From positions 58,049-122,048 of the forward strand of contig NZ_JBPCCU010000012.1 of NCBI RefSeq assembly GCF_050971785.1: 64,000 nucleotides of DNA. Direction: 5' to 3'. Under the pieces are notes generated by a model. The model made no database searches. It was not told the origin of the DNA and saw only the letters and a program-made list of their open reading frames with translations. The position numbers and the translations under genes were made by a program. Origin of the DNA: Actinomadura scrupuli. Its GTDB lineage: Bacteria; Actinomycetota; Actinomycetes; Streptosporangiales; Streptosporangiaceae. Positions 39,185-48,526 of this stretch are shown here, piece by piece; the first letter of the stretch is position 1, and every line of letters begins with the position of its first letter.

Positions 39185-40234
39185 TCAGCGGGCGGCGGCC
39201 AGTTCCCCGGCCAGCCGTGCGACGGTGACGGCGGCGGGATCGGCCGTGACGTGCCGGAAGCCCTGCCCCGCCCACAGGGCCATGGTGTCGGGGTCCTCGC
39301 GCTGAGCGGCGGCCCGCCGCAACGGCGACGTCAGGTGGTGAATGTGCGGGTAGGCCGCGGGGGCGAGCGGTGAGTACTCGGCCAGGAAACGGTTCACCAG
39401 CCCCCGGGCGGGCCGGCCGGTGAACGCCCGGGTCAGCGCGGTGGCCGTGAAACGAGGGTCGGCCAGCGCGGCCTTGTGCGCCGGGCTGGCGCCGCTCTCC
39501 GGCGAGCGCAGGAAGGCCGTGCCCAGCTGAGCGGCGGTGGCGCCGCCCGCCAGGGCCCCGGCGAGGTCGGCGCCCCGCACCAGCCCGCCGGCCGCGATCA
39601 GCGGAAGGTCACTGACCTGGCGCACCTCGGCGAGGAGCTTGAGCAGGTCGGTGCCCTCATCGACCGTCTCGGGGTCGTTGGTGAAGGTGCCCCTGTGCGC
39701 GCCCGCCTCGATGCCCTGCACGCACAGGGCGTCGGCCGCCGCCGACTGGACGGCCTCGGCCGCCGACGTGACGGTGACGATGACGAAGACGCCCTTGGCC
39801 TGGAAGGCCTCGATCACCTCTTTGGACGGGCAGCCGAAGACGAAGCTCACCACGGCCGGCGGATCCGCGAGAAGGTCGGCCAGCTTGGCGTCCCAGTCGT
39901 CGTCGTCCCCGGTCGGCGTCCCCAGGGGCACGCCCAGCCGGGCGGCCTCGGGGGCCAGCCGGTCCTGGTAGGCGCCCACCGCCGCCAGATCCACGGCCGG
40001 TGCGGCGGCGGTGGCGCCGGCCGGCACGAAGAGGTTGACCCCGAAGGGCCGGTCGGTCAGCGCCCGCGTCTGCGTGATCTCGGCGCGTACCTGCTCGGCC
40101 CGCTTGTAACCGGCGGCCAGGAAGCCGAGCCCGCCCGCCGCCGACACCGCCGCGGCCAGCACCGGCCGGGACGCGCCGCCCGCCATCGGGGCTTGAATGA
40201 TCGGTACCCCGAACAGGTCGCGTAGATCGGTCAT
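39185..40234 (-). CDS. nitronate monooxygenase (NMO, 2-nitropropane dioxygenase family, FMN-dependent)
   Basis: Start MTDLRDLFGVPIIQAPMAGGAS (cat at 40232-40234). TIM-barrel NMO pattern. Confidence 0.8.
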   Translation of the reverse strand: MTDLRDLFGVPIIQAPMAGGASRPVLAAAVSAAGGLGFLAAGYKRAEQVRAEITQTRALTDRPFGVNLFVPAGATAAAPAVDLAAVGAYQDRLAPEAARLGVPLGTPTGDDDDWDAKLADLLADPPAVVSFVFGCPSKEVIEAFQAKGVFVIVTVTSAAEAVQSAAADALCVQGIEAGAHRGTFTNDPETVDEGTDLLKLLAEVRQVSDLPLIAAGGLVRGADLAGALAGGATAAQLGTAFLRSPESGASPAHKAALADPRFTATALTRAFTGRPARGLVNRFLAEYSPLAPAAYPHIHHLTSPLRRAAAQREDPDTMALWAGQGFRHVTADPAAVTVARLAGELAAAR

Positions 40235-40305
40235 GCGACTCACGATAGCCCGCCGCACCAGCCGGAACGGCGATCGCAGGCCGTACGGCGCCCCGGATCG
40301 GTCGT

Positions 40306-41457
40306 CTACCGGTAGGCGGAGACGCCGGTGATCTCCTGTCCGAGCGTCAGGAGATGGACCTCCTGGGTTCCCTCATAGGTCAGCACGCTCTCCAGGTTGT
40401 TCATGTGCCGGATCACCGGGTACTCCAGGGTGATCCCGTTGGCGCCGAGGATCGTACGGGCCTGCCGCGCCACGTCCAGGGCCGCCCGTACGTTGGCGAG
40501 CTTGCCGAAGGAGACCTGCTGCGGCGTCACCTTCCCGCTCTCCTTGATCCGCCCGATGTGCAGGGCCACCAGCCCGGCCTGGCCGAGCGCGACCTCCATC
40601 CAGGCGAGCTTCTCCTGGGTGAGCTGGAAGGCGCCGAGCGGCTTGCCGAACTGCTCACGCGTCTTCGCGTACGACACCGCCGCCTCGTAGCAGGACCGGC
40701 CGGCCCCGATCGCGCCCCAGACGATCCCGTACCGCGCCTCGGCCAGGCAGCCGAGCGGCCCGCGCAGCCCCTCCGCCTCCGGCAGCAGCGCGGAGCCGGG
40801 CACCCGCACGTCCTCCAGGATCAGCTCCGAGGTCACCGAGGCGCGCAGCGACAGCTTCTTGTGGATCTCCGGCGCGGAGAAGCCGGGGGTGTCGGTGGGC
40901 ACCACGAAGCCCCGGATGCGATCGTCGGTGCGGGCCCACACGATCGCCACGTCGGCGACCGAGCCGTTGGTGATCCACATCTTGGCGCCGTTGAGCACCC
41001 AGTCGCCGCCGTCGCGCTTGGCGTGGGTGCGCATCGAGCCGGGGTCGGAGCCGTGGTCGGGCTCGGTCAGCCCGAAGCAGCCGAGGGCCTCGCCCGTGGC
41101 CATCCGGGGCAGCCACTCCTGCTTCTGCTCCTCCGAGCCGTACTTGTAGAGCGCCGTCATCGCGAGCGAGCCCTGTACGGAGACGAAACTGCGCAGCCCG
41201 GAGTCGGCGGCCTCCAGCTCGCGGCAGGCGACCCCGTACGCCACCGGGCCCATCCCGGCGCAGCCGTACCCCTCCAGGTGCATGCCGAGCAGGCCCAGCC
41301 GGCCCAGCTCCAGGCCGATCTCGCGGGCCGGGAAGGCGCCGGTCTCGAACCAGTCCGCGACGTGCGGATCCACCTTGTCGGTCACGAAGGCGCGCACCGT
41401 GTCGCGGATCATCCGCTCCTCGTCGGTGAGCCGGTCGTCGATACGCAGCACGTCCAT
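40306..41457 (-). CDS. acyl-CoA dehydrogenase (glutaryl-CoA dehydrogenase-like)
   Basis: Start MDVLRIDDRLTDEERMIRDTVRAF (cat at 41455-41457). ACAD N/M/C domains (YEGTQEVHLLTLGQEITG C-terminal). Confidence 0.8.
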   Translation of the reverse strand: MDVLRIDDRLTDEERMIRDTVRAFVTDKVDPHVADWFETGAFPAREIGLELGRLGLLGMHLEGYGCAGMGPVAYGVACRELEAADSGLRSFVSVQGSLAMTALYKYGSEEQKQEWLPRMATGEALGCFGLTEPDHGSDPGSMRTHAKRDGGDWVLNGAKMWITNGSVADVAIVWARTDDRIRGFVVPTDTPGFSAPEIHKKLSLRASVTSELILEDVRVPGSALLPEAEGLRGPLGCLAEARYGIVWGAIGAGRSCYEAAVSYAKTREQFGKPLGAFQLTQEKLAWMEVALGQAGLVALHIGRIKESGKVTPQQVSFGKLANVRAALDVARQARTILGANGITLEYPVIRHMNNLESVLTYEGTQEVHLLTLGQEITGVSAYR

Positions 41458-41670
41458 GCGGGTTCCCTTCGCGCCGGGGCGGTTCGGTGACAGGGTACGA
41501 CTTCGTACCGTGCCGCGATTCAGGCGCCTGCCCCCGGCCGCTTCCACGCCGTACGGCCCGGCTCGGAGCCGCTCAGGGTGGTCGCGGCCGGGTCTCAGGG
41601 GCGGTTCTCAGGGGCGGCTCAGGGGGAATCCCGATGGTGGAGCGGACCCGGCCAGGGCAGGATCAAAGGC

Positions 41671-41940
41671 ATGAACACCACATCTGGCCCCAGCAAGCAA
41701 CTCGTCCGCACCCACGAAGGCCGCATGGTCGCCGGGGTCTGCTCCGGCACCGGGGAGTACCTCGGCATCGATCCCAACATCGTGCGCCTGGCGCTGGCCG
41801 TCTTCACCCTCCTCGGCGGTTCCGGCATCCTGGTCTACGCCCTGGGCTGGCTGCTCGTCCCGGAAGAGGGCAAGGACACCTCGATCGTCCAGGAGCTGAT
41901 CAACAAGCAGCAGCAGAAGACCCCGCAGAAGACCCCCTGA
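41671..41940 (+). CDS. PspC domain-containing small membrane protein
   Basis: 89 aa (RTHEGRMVAGVCSGTGEYLGIDPNIVRLALAVFTLLGGSGILVYALGWLLVP). Confidence 0.65.
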   Translation: MNTTSGPSKQLVRTHEGRMVAGVCSGTGEYLGIDPNIVRLALAVFTLLGGSGILVYALGWLLVPEEGKDTSIVQELINKQQQKTPQKTP

Positions 41941-43237
41941 CCTCTGCCTCCGTCTCCTGTTTCGAAGTCGGTTCGTACATCGAGACGATGAGACCGCCGC
42001 GCACCTGGGTCCAGGTCATGGAGAGCATGGCCGCCACCGACAGCCCGGTCACCCCCGCCAGTGCGACGACCGGCTCCGGGCCCAGAACCTGCGCGGCCGC
42101 TCCCCCCACGAGGATGCCCAGTCCCTGACCGGCCAGGATGCCGGACTGGGCGAGACCGAACGCCTGCCCCCGGCCGGACGGGGGCACGGCCGCCACGAAG
42201 GCCGCATTGGCCGCGAGCTGGTAGGCACTGCCGGCTCCCGAGATCGCCCACAGCGCCACCACCCCCCACAGCGGGGGGTGCAGCGCCGCCCCGATCAGCG
42301 GGGCACAGGCCAGCATCGACATCCAGCCCATCGCCCGGATGCGGTTCGAGGGCCGGACGAACCGGCTGAACAGAAAAGCCCCGATCACCATCCCGGTGGG
42401 CATCGCCGACATCAGTAACCCGACCGTCACCGGGTCGTTGTCGAAGGTGGCGGCGTACGGCGCGGCGATCCCCTCGGGCAGCACGTAGAACGTGCACAGC
42501 CAGGCGAAGCACACCAGTGACCGCAGCAGCGGATCCCCGAAGACCAGCCGGGCTCCGTCACGGGTGTTGCGCCACAGCGACATCATCTCCCCGCCGGACT
42601 CCGCGGGCGCCGGCCGCCGACGCAGCCCGAGCATGAGGATCACCGCCGACAGCGCGAAGGTGACCGCGTCGATGCCCAGCGCCTCGTAGGTGCCGACGGC
42701 GCCCACCAGCGCTCCCCCCACCAGGAAGCCCAGCATCTGGGTGGCCTGGTGGGTGATGTTGTTGATGGCCGAACCGGCAACGTACTTGTCACCGTGGAGT
42801 ATGTCCGGCATCAGCGCCGCACGGGCGGCGGTGAACGGCGCGCCCAGCAGCACCGTGAGGAACACCAGCCCGCACAGCGCCCAGAACGGCATGGCCTTCA
42901 GCGCCATGAGCGCGACCAGCACCGCACGCAGCAGGTCGCACACGATCATGACCCGGCGGCGCGGCAGCAGGTCGGCCAGCCCCGACAGCACCGGTCCGCC
43001 GAGGATGGGCGGCAGGTAGGTCAGCGCATACGTGATCGCGGTCAGCAGCGCCGAGCCCGTACGGTGGTAGACCAGGACCGCGAGAGCCACCTGGGCCAGC
43101 TGGTCACCGATGTAGGAGAGCGCCTGCGCCAGCCAGAGGGAACGGAACTCACGGACGGCGAAGACCTCGCGATAGGTCGCCTGTTCCTCGGGGGGCCGCC
43201 GATGCCTTCCACTGATCACGCATGCTCCACTCGGCAC
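41900..43237 (-). CDS. MFS transporter
   Basis: 445 aa with 12 predicted TM helices and MFS-like motifs. Convergent 41-nt overlap with the PspC gene (start may be internal). Confidence 0.75.
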   Translation of the reverse strand: MPSGACVISGRHRRPPEEQATYREVFAVREFRSLWLAQALSYIGDQLAQVALAVLVYHRTGSALLTAITYALTYLPPILGGPVLSGLADLLPRRRVMIVCDLLRAVLVALMALKAMPFWALCGLVFLTVLLGAPFTAARAALMPDILHGDKYVAGSAINNITHQATQMLGFLVGGALVGAVGTYEALGIDAVTFALSAVILMLGLRRRPAPAESGGEMMSLWRNTRDGARLVFGDPLLRSLVCFAWLCTFYVLPEGIAAPYAATFDNDPVTVGLLMSAMPTGMVIGAFLFSRFVRPSNRIRAMGWMSMLACAPLIGAALHPPLWGVVALWAISGAGSAYQLAANAAFVAAVPPSGRGQAFGLAQSGILAGQGLGILVGGAAAQVLGPEPVVALAGVTGLSVAAMLSMTWTQVRGGLIVSMYEPTSKQETEAEVRGSSAGSSAAAC

Positions 43238-43307
43238 GTCCGCCCGGCATCGGGCGGTCTCCCCTCAATGAAATCACGCTCAGTGGCAGTAACGTGACCT
43301 TCTGGAG

Positions 43308-43658
43308 TTACCAACCCAGCTCATGTAGCCGATCGTCGTCGATCCCGAAGTGGTGCCCGACCTCATGCACGACGGTGACGCGCACCTCCGCCACGACGTC
43401 GTCCAACGTCTCGCAGACCTTCAGGATCTCGTTGCGGTAGATGGTGATCTGATCGGGCAGTACCCCCGCGTACCAGTCGCCGCGCTCGGTGAGCGGCACC
43501 CCGCGGTAGAGCCCGAGCAAGCCGGGTTCGGGAGACTCGTCCTCGACCACCACGACCACGTTGTTCATATGGGAGGCGAGCTCGGGCGGAATCGTGTCGA
43601 GGGCCTCGGCGACAAGGTCCTCGAACTCCTGCCGATCCACGTCGATCACGGTAGACAT
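43308..43658 (-). CDS. zincin-like metallopeptidase family small protein
   Basis: 116 aa with HExxH (VTVVHEVGHHFGIDD), COG3824-like. Confidence 0.6.
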   Translation of the reverse strand: MSTVIDVDRQEFEDLVAEALDTIPPELASHMNNVVVVVEDESPEPGLLGLYRGVPLTERGDWYAGVLPDQITIYRNEILKVCETLDDVVAEVRVTVVHEVGHHFGIDDDRLHELGW

Positions 43659-43692
43659 TCTTACTTACCGCCAATCAAGAAGGAGAGGCCCT

Positions 43693-45417
43693 GTGGCGTT
43701 CGGACGGACCCGAGAGTGGATCCGCGGTCGTATCCGGCTACCGGCCTGGCTCCGGGCGGTCTGCCGGGTACCGCGCCGGGTGTGGACGAGGCTGTCCGGT
43801 GTGCGGTCGCTGCGCATGCTGACCGTGATGGTGGTCGGCCTGCTGGGCGGCTGGGTGGGCATGCTGCTCGGCGGCCATGTGCAGACCCCGGTGGGACCGG
43901 CCGACGTGGCGATGTCCGTACGGCCGTCCTGGAACGGCGGCACGGTCATCGAGATCCCGCCGCTGGGCACGCTGCGGCTCAACAGCCACTGGGGACCGCT
44001 GCGGCTCCAGGCCCAGGTCGCCCAGCTGCGCCCCGAGCCGTCCCGCCGGCTGATCGAGAACCCGGGTGAACTCGACCGGCTCACCGACACGGTCGCCGGG
44101 CAGGTCCGGCACGGCCTGATCCTGCTCACCCTCCGGGCCGCGCTCTTCGGGGTGGTCTGCGCCCTGTTCGCCGGAATGGTCATGTTCCGCTCCTGGCGGG
44201 CCGCCCTGCTCTCCGGCGGATCGGCGCTGCTCGGCATGGTGATCGTCGGCGGGCTGGCCGGGGCCACCTTCAACCCCCAGTCCGTCGTGGAGCCGCGCTA
44301 CACGGGCCTCCTGGCCAACGCCCCGCAGGTCGTCGGCGACGCCAAGACGATCGTCCGGAAGTTCTCCGAGTACCGGGTGCAGCTCGCCCAGCTGGTTGGC
44401 AACGTCTCCCGGCTGTACGCCGCCACCTCCACGCTCCCGACGTACGAGCCCGATCCGACGACCCTCCGGGTCCTGCACGTCTCCGACATCCACCTCAACC
44501 CGGTGGCGTGGAGCATCATCCGCTCGATCGCCGCACAGTTCCAGATCCAGGTCGTCATCGACACCGGCGACCTCAGCGACCACGGCTCCAAACCGGAAGA
44601 GCGGTTCGCCGACGACATCGCCTCGCTCAAGGTCCCGTACGTCTTCATCCGCGGCAACCACGACTCCCGCTCGATCCAGGCCGCCGTGGGGCAGCAGAAG
44701 AACGCGGTCGTCCTGGACGGCACGATGAAGGAGGTCGGCGGGCTCCGCATCTGGGGCGTCGGCGACCCGCGATTCACCCCCGACAAGACCACCCGAGACG
44801 ACGGCGTGGCGGCCTCCACCATGGCGCAGACCGGCTCCCGGCTGGCCGCGGGCCTGCACGCCGCCCGCGTCACCCCGGACGTCGTCCTCACCCACGACCC
44901 GTCCGAGGGGCAGGCGTTCGACGGGATCGCCCCGCTGGTGCTCTCCGGCCACACCCACCAGCGCTCCACCCGGCTGCTGCCCTCCGGCACCCGGCTCTTC
45001 GTGCAGGGCTCCACCGGCGGTGCGGGCCTGCGCGGCCTCGAAGGCGAGCAGCCGACCCCCATCGAGCTGTCGATCCTCTACTTCAACCGGTCCACCCACC
45101 GCCTGCAAGGCTGGGACGACTTCCGCCTGGGCGGCCTGGGCCTCACCTCGGCCCAGATCGAGCGGACCCTGGAGAAGCAACCCGACCGGACCTTGGGGCC
45201 TCCCCCGACCCCCACCCCGTCCTCGCCCTCTCCCGGCTCCGGCTCGCCGGGCTCCGGCTCCCCTGGCCTTGTCTCTCCCGGCTCCGGCTCGCCGGGTGCG
45301 TCCGGCTCGCCTGCGCCTGGCTCTCCTGCGCCTGCTGCTCCTGTGCCGGGGGCGCCGGCGGGTGCGTCGCTCCCGCCGGTCAGCTCGTCCCTCTCGTCAG
45401 CGCTGTCTCGCCGATAG
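43693..45417 (+). CDS. membrane-anchored metallophosphoesterase (calcineurin-like) with Pro/Ser/Gly-rich C-terminal tail
   Basis: GTG 43693 with RBS AAGGAGAG. Two or three TM helices. MPP motifs (LRVLHVSDIHLN, VVIDTGDLSDHG, IRGNHDS, LTHDP, SGHTHQ). Tail PTPTPSSPSPGSGSPGSGSPG... Confidence 0.7.
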   Translation: MAFGRTREWIRGRIRLPAWLRAVCRVPRRVWTRLSGVRSLRMLTVMVVGLLGGWVGMLLGGHVQTPVGPADVAMSVRPSWNGGTVIEIPPLGTLRLNSHWGPLRLQAQVAQLRPEPSRRLIENPGELDRLTDTVAGQVRHGLILLTLRAALFGVVCALFAGMVMFRSWRAALLSGGSALLGMVIVGGLAGATFNPQSVVEPRYTGLLANAPQVVGDAKTIVRKFSEYRVQLAQLVGNVSRLYAATSTLPTYEPDPTTLRVLHVSDIHLNPVAWSIIRSIAAQFQIQVVIDTGDLSDHGSKPEERFADDIASLKVPYVFIRGNHDSRSIQAAVGQQKNAVVLDGTMKEVGGLRIWGVGDPRFTPDKTTRDDGVAASTMAQTGSRLAAGLHAARVTPDVVLTHDPSEGQAFDGIAPLVLSGHTHQRSTRLLPSGTRLFVQGSTGGAGLRGLEGEQPTPIELSILYFNRSTHRLQGWDDFRLGGLGLTSAQIERTLEKQPDRTLGPPPTPTPSSPSPGSGSPGSGSPGLVSPGSGSPGASGSPAPGSPAPAAPVPGAPAGASLPPVSSSLSSALSRR

Positions 45418-45502
45418 ACGGCAAATCGCTTTCGTACCCGCGCCGGTTGTCCCCTATGCTTGTCAGGCGCCCTCAGGGAGGCTTTCCGAGGGTCAGTGCC
45501 AA

Positions 45503-45575
45503 GGTCCCCATCGTCTAGCGGCCTAGGACACCGCCCTTTCAAGGCGGTAGCACGGGTTCGAATCCCGTTGGGGGC
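45503..45575 (+). tRNA. tRNA-Glu (anticodon UUC)
   Basis: Cloverleaf by eye. Acceptor GTCCCCA/TGGGGGC with A73, D-arm TCGTCTAGCGGCCTAGGAC, anticodon stem-loop CCGCC-CTTTCAA-GGCGG (TTC), T-arm GGGTTCGAATCCC. CCA not encoded. Confidence 0.85.
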
Positions 45576-45585
45576 ACGGCTTACG

Positions 45586-45630
45586 AAGGCCCAGGTCAGA
45601 GAATGTTCTCTGCCTGGGCCTCTGCTTTGT
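45586..45630 (+). terminator. hairpin followed by T-rich tract immediately after tRNA-Glu (intrinsic terminator-like)
   Basis: AGGCCCAGGTCAGAGAA-TG-TTCTCTGCCTGGGCCT followed by CTGCTTTGTT. Confidence 0.55.
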
Positions 45631-45817
45631 TCAAATGCAGATCAAGGCGACGGCGCTGCGCGCCGAGGCAGCCGCCCGCTCCGGCGCGCCCTACGGGCGT
45701 GCGGCGTGGGTGCCGGTCCCTTCGGGCGTGCCGATCGGACGGCTCAACAAGGCGTAGCGCGGGCCCGTCCAATGGTCCCGTTACAATCGCGGCTCGGCAG
45801 CGCGACAAACCGGGAGA

Positions 45818-46345
45818 GTGTCCGTGCAGGAAACGAGCGCAGTGGAGTTGGCTTACCTGCCGACGACCGCGGACGCGGTGGGGGCGATCCGCGCGCGGAT
45901 GCGAGCCACCCCGTCTGGACGGCTACAGAACGGGATTCTCCTGGCCGGCGCGATCATTGTGCTGGGCGTTCTTGTCACGAACCTTACGGGGTCGAGGGAG
46001 CCCGGCTCGACCGTGCGCTGCCTCGCGGGGTTGGCCCTGCTCATCGGTATGTATGTGCTGCTTCCTACGCTCCGAGGGCGGCGCGTATACAGGATGGTCG
46101 CCACACAGGGGGAATTCCAGGCCATCGTGGACACCAGCGGGGTGCGGGTGACCTCACGGGATACCGAGACGAGGTACCAGTGGCCGATGCTCACCCGGTA
46201 TGCAGAGACGGATGAGCTGTTCGTACTGATGACGCCCGACAAGCACGGCATCGGCTTCGTCGTCCTTCCCAAGCGCGGCGCCGCAACACCGGCGGACCTC
46301 GACCGATTGCAAGCCGTCCTCGACCGGAACTCCACCCGAGCGTGA
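45818..46345 (+). CDS. YcxB-like hypothetical membrane protein
   Basis: 175 aa with two central TM helices and a C-terminal PH-like pattern (SGVRVTSRDTETRYQWPMLTRYAETDELFVLM). Confidence 0.45.
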   Translation: MSVQETSAVELAYLPTTADAVGAIRARMRATPSGRLQNGILLAGAIIVLGVLVTNLTGSREPGSTVRCLAGLALLIGMYVLLPTLRGRRVYRMVATQGEFQAIVDTSGVRVTSRDTETRYQWPMLTRYAETDELFVLMTPDKHGIGFVVLPKRGAATPADLDRLQAVLDRNSTRA

Positions 46346-46485
46346 CCCAGAGCAATCAGGCCTAGATCGAACACCCTCCGACGGGGGGTCACCCGATCCC
46401 ATGCATCCTTGAAACACCGCCCGGCACCCCGGTTTTCGACAGCCGCTCAGGAAAGCCCTGGCAAGCCAGGTGGCAGGTCGTTCTT

Positions 46486-46911
46486 CTACTCGGCCCATCC
46501 GATGACCTGGTCGACCTGGACACCATGCAGGACAGCACCCCCGAGATCGGCACCGGTGACGTCGGTCAGGCCATACGGGTGGACGCCGGTGTTGACGAAT
46601 CCGAGACGTCCCCCAGTGAGGTCAGCGTCGCGCAGATCAGCCTCACGAAGATCGCAGCCGGCGAGGCTCACACCTCGCAACGACGCCCCCTGCAGGTCGG
46701 CTCCTCGGAAATCGCACATTTTGAACGAGCATCCATCGAGAGTCGCGTGGCGCAGGTCGGCTCCAACGAAGGAGCAGCGGTCGAACCGCAACTGCCGCGT
46801 CCGGACCGACGCCAGATCCTGCCCATCGAACACCTGCCGCTTGACGGCCGCGCCGTAAGGAAGCAAGCCCAGTATCTGCTTCGGCGTCGCCTCGTGGGAC
46901 ATGACCGCCAT
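46486..46911 (-). CDS. pentapeptide-repeat protein (MfpA/Qnr-like)
   Basis: Tandem A(D/N)LxG-type pentapeptide repeats (ADLRHATLDGCSFKMCDFRGADLQGASLRGVSLAGCDLREADLRDADLTGG). Start taken at MAVMSHEAT; the ORF extends to a GTG at 46980. Confidence 0.75.
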   Translation of the reverse strand: MAVMSHEATPKQILGLLPYGAAVKRQVFDGQDLASVRTRQLRFDRCSFVGADLRHATLDGCSFKMCDFRGADLQGASLRGVSLAGCDLREADLRDADLTGGRLGFVNTGVHPYGLTDVTGADLGGAVLHGVQVDQVIGWAE

Positions 46912-46980
46912 CGTGCCAGGCTCCTCATCCCGAGAATCGTCTCGACTGGAGGCGCCCTCGCATGCCGATGAGTGGGTCAC

Positions 46981-47721
46981 TCAGCCCTGGCGAGTCGGTC
47001 GAATGGTCAGGTCCCCGATTTCGACGTCGTCGGGTTGGTCGATCACGAATGCGATCGCCCGAGCCACCGCCGTGGGGTCGATGCCGAGTTCGGCCATGTT
47101 CTGCCTGGCCTGCTCGCGCACGGTCGGATCGTCGACGGCGTTGTCGATGAGCTCGGTGCGGACGTAGCCCGGGGAGATCGACGTCGTCCGCAGGACCCCG
47201 TCGGTGCTCTCCTGTCGCAGGCCCTCCAGGAGGGTGCGTACCGCGTTCTTCGTCCCGGCGTACACCGCCTGGGTGGGGACGATCTTCAGGCCGGAGGTCG
47301 AGACGACGGTGACGAGGTGACCACTGCCCTGACGGCGGAACACCGGTAGGGCCGCGGCGATCCCGTGCAGGATCCCCTTGACGTTCACGTCGACCATCGC
47401 CGACCACCCCTCGACGTCCAGGTCGGCGATGGAGCTGATCCTGCTGATCCCGGCGTTGCCCACCAGGACGTCCAGCCGGCCGAAGCGCTCGACCGCGATG
47501 GTGACGAGTGAGTGGAGGTCGTCGGGATGGGTGACGTCCACGCGCGTGGCGGCCGCCGTGCCGCCGGCGGCTTCGATCTCGGCGACGAGCCGGTCCAGCC
47601 GCTCGGTGCGACGGGCTCCGAGGACGACGGTCGCACCGAGTGAGGCCAGGTGGCGAGCTGTTGCTTCACCGATTCCGCTGCTGGCGCCGGTGATGGCGAC
47701 GACCTTGCCGTGAATGGTCAT
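46981..47721 (-). CDS. short-chain dehydrogenase/reductase (SDR)
   Basis: Start MTIHGKVVAITGASSGIGEATA (cat at 47719-47721). Rossmann TGxxxGIG, catalytic YAGTK, NAG motif. Confidence 0.85.
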   Translation of the reverse strand: MTIHGKVVAITGASSGIGEATARHLASLGATVVLGARRTERLDRLVAEIEAAGGTAAATRVDVTHPDDLHSLVTIAVERFGRLDVLVGNAGISRISSIADLDVEGWSAMVDVNVKGILHGIAAALPVFRRQGSGHLVTVVSTSGLKIVPTQAVYAGTKNAVRTLLEGLRQESTDGVLRTTSISPGYVRTELIDNAVDDPTVREQARQNMAELGIDPTAVARAIAFVIDQPDDVEIGDLTIRPTRQG

Positions 47722-47739
47722 GCAGAACCTCCAGCTAGA

Positions 47740-48351
47740 ATGGGACACATGTCCGGTTATACCGACGACCTTAGCGGACACGTGTCCGGTTCTGTCAAAA
47801 GCGGCGGAACGCGGCGTGCGGACGCACAGCGCAACCGCGAACGGATCCTTCAAGCGGCACGCGATCTCATGCACGAGCCGGGAGAGCTGAAGCTCAACGC
47901 GGTCGCCAAGGCCTGCGGTATCGGGCAGGGCACGCTGTACCGGCACTTCCCGACACGTGAGGACCTCCTCGCCGAGGTGTACCGCCGTGAGGTGGAAGAT
48001 CTGGTTGCCGCGACTCCGCGTCTGCTGGCAACTCACCAGCCGCTGGATGCGTTGGCGGCGTGGTTCGACCGCGTGGCCGCCTACGCCCGGATCAAACGCG
48101 ACGTGTTCGCCGCCATCGAGGCGGCGACGTGGCGTGACCTCGCCGCCCACAGCCTCGGCCCGATCGGCGAGGCGGTGGAACTGCTGCTGGCCGCCGGTCG
48201 CTCGGTCGGCAGCGTCCGCGCTGACGCCGAAGCCCGCGACGTCATCGTGCTCATCAGCTGGTTGTCGCGGCTGGACGACGCCGAACTCGACGCGCGAGGG
48301 CCGCGGTTGCTGTCGATCCTCGTCGACGGTCTCCGCGCACACCGCCCCTGA
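47740..48351 (+). CDS. TetR family transcriptional regulator (true start possibly GTG at 47782)
   Basis: HTH region RNRERILQAARDLMHEPGELKLNAVAKACGIGQGTLYRHFPTREDL. Divergent from the SDR gene. Confidence 0.8.
   Translation: MGHMSGYTDDLSGHVSGSVKSGGTRRADAQRNRERILQAARDLMHEPGELKLNAVAKACGIGQGTLYRHFPTREDLLAEVYRREVEDLVAATPRLLATHQPLDALAAWFDRVAAYARIKRDVFAAIEAATWRDLAAHSLGPIGEAVELLLAAGRSVGSVRADAEARDVIVLISWLSRLDDAELDARGPRLLSILVDGLRAHRP
47743..47787. promoter_or_regulatory. pair of palindromic operator-like sites GGACAC(A/G)TGTCCGGTT, centres 33 bp apart, in the SDR/TetR divergent region
   Basis: GGACACATGTCC at 47743-47754 (10/12 palindromic) and the perfect 12-bp palindrome GGACACGTGTCC at 47776-47787. 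Both are followed by GGTT. Confidence 0.5.
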
Positions 48352-48526
48352 AGCGAATGCGCCGCGGGCGCCGTCCGTGCGGCACGGTCATGTCGCAGAT
48401 CGCGCGACCGGCCTCCGACAGTCTTGATCGTCTAGGCGGTATCGCCCGTGCCGAGGTGCGGATGAACGTTATGTGATGTCCGGTTTCCGCCAGCCCTGGG
48501 TGCCGGTGACGGGCACGCTGCGTTGC

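Noticed and set aside
45603-46151. 182-aa plus-strand ORF starting inside the tRNA terminator
   Set aside because: It overlaps the terminator hairpin and the better-supported YcxB-like frame, and is Arg-rich with no motifs.
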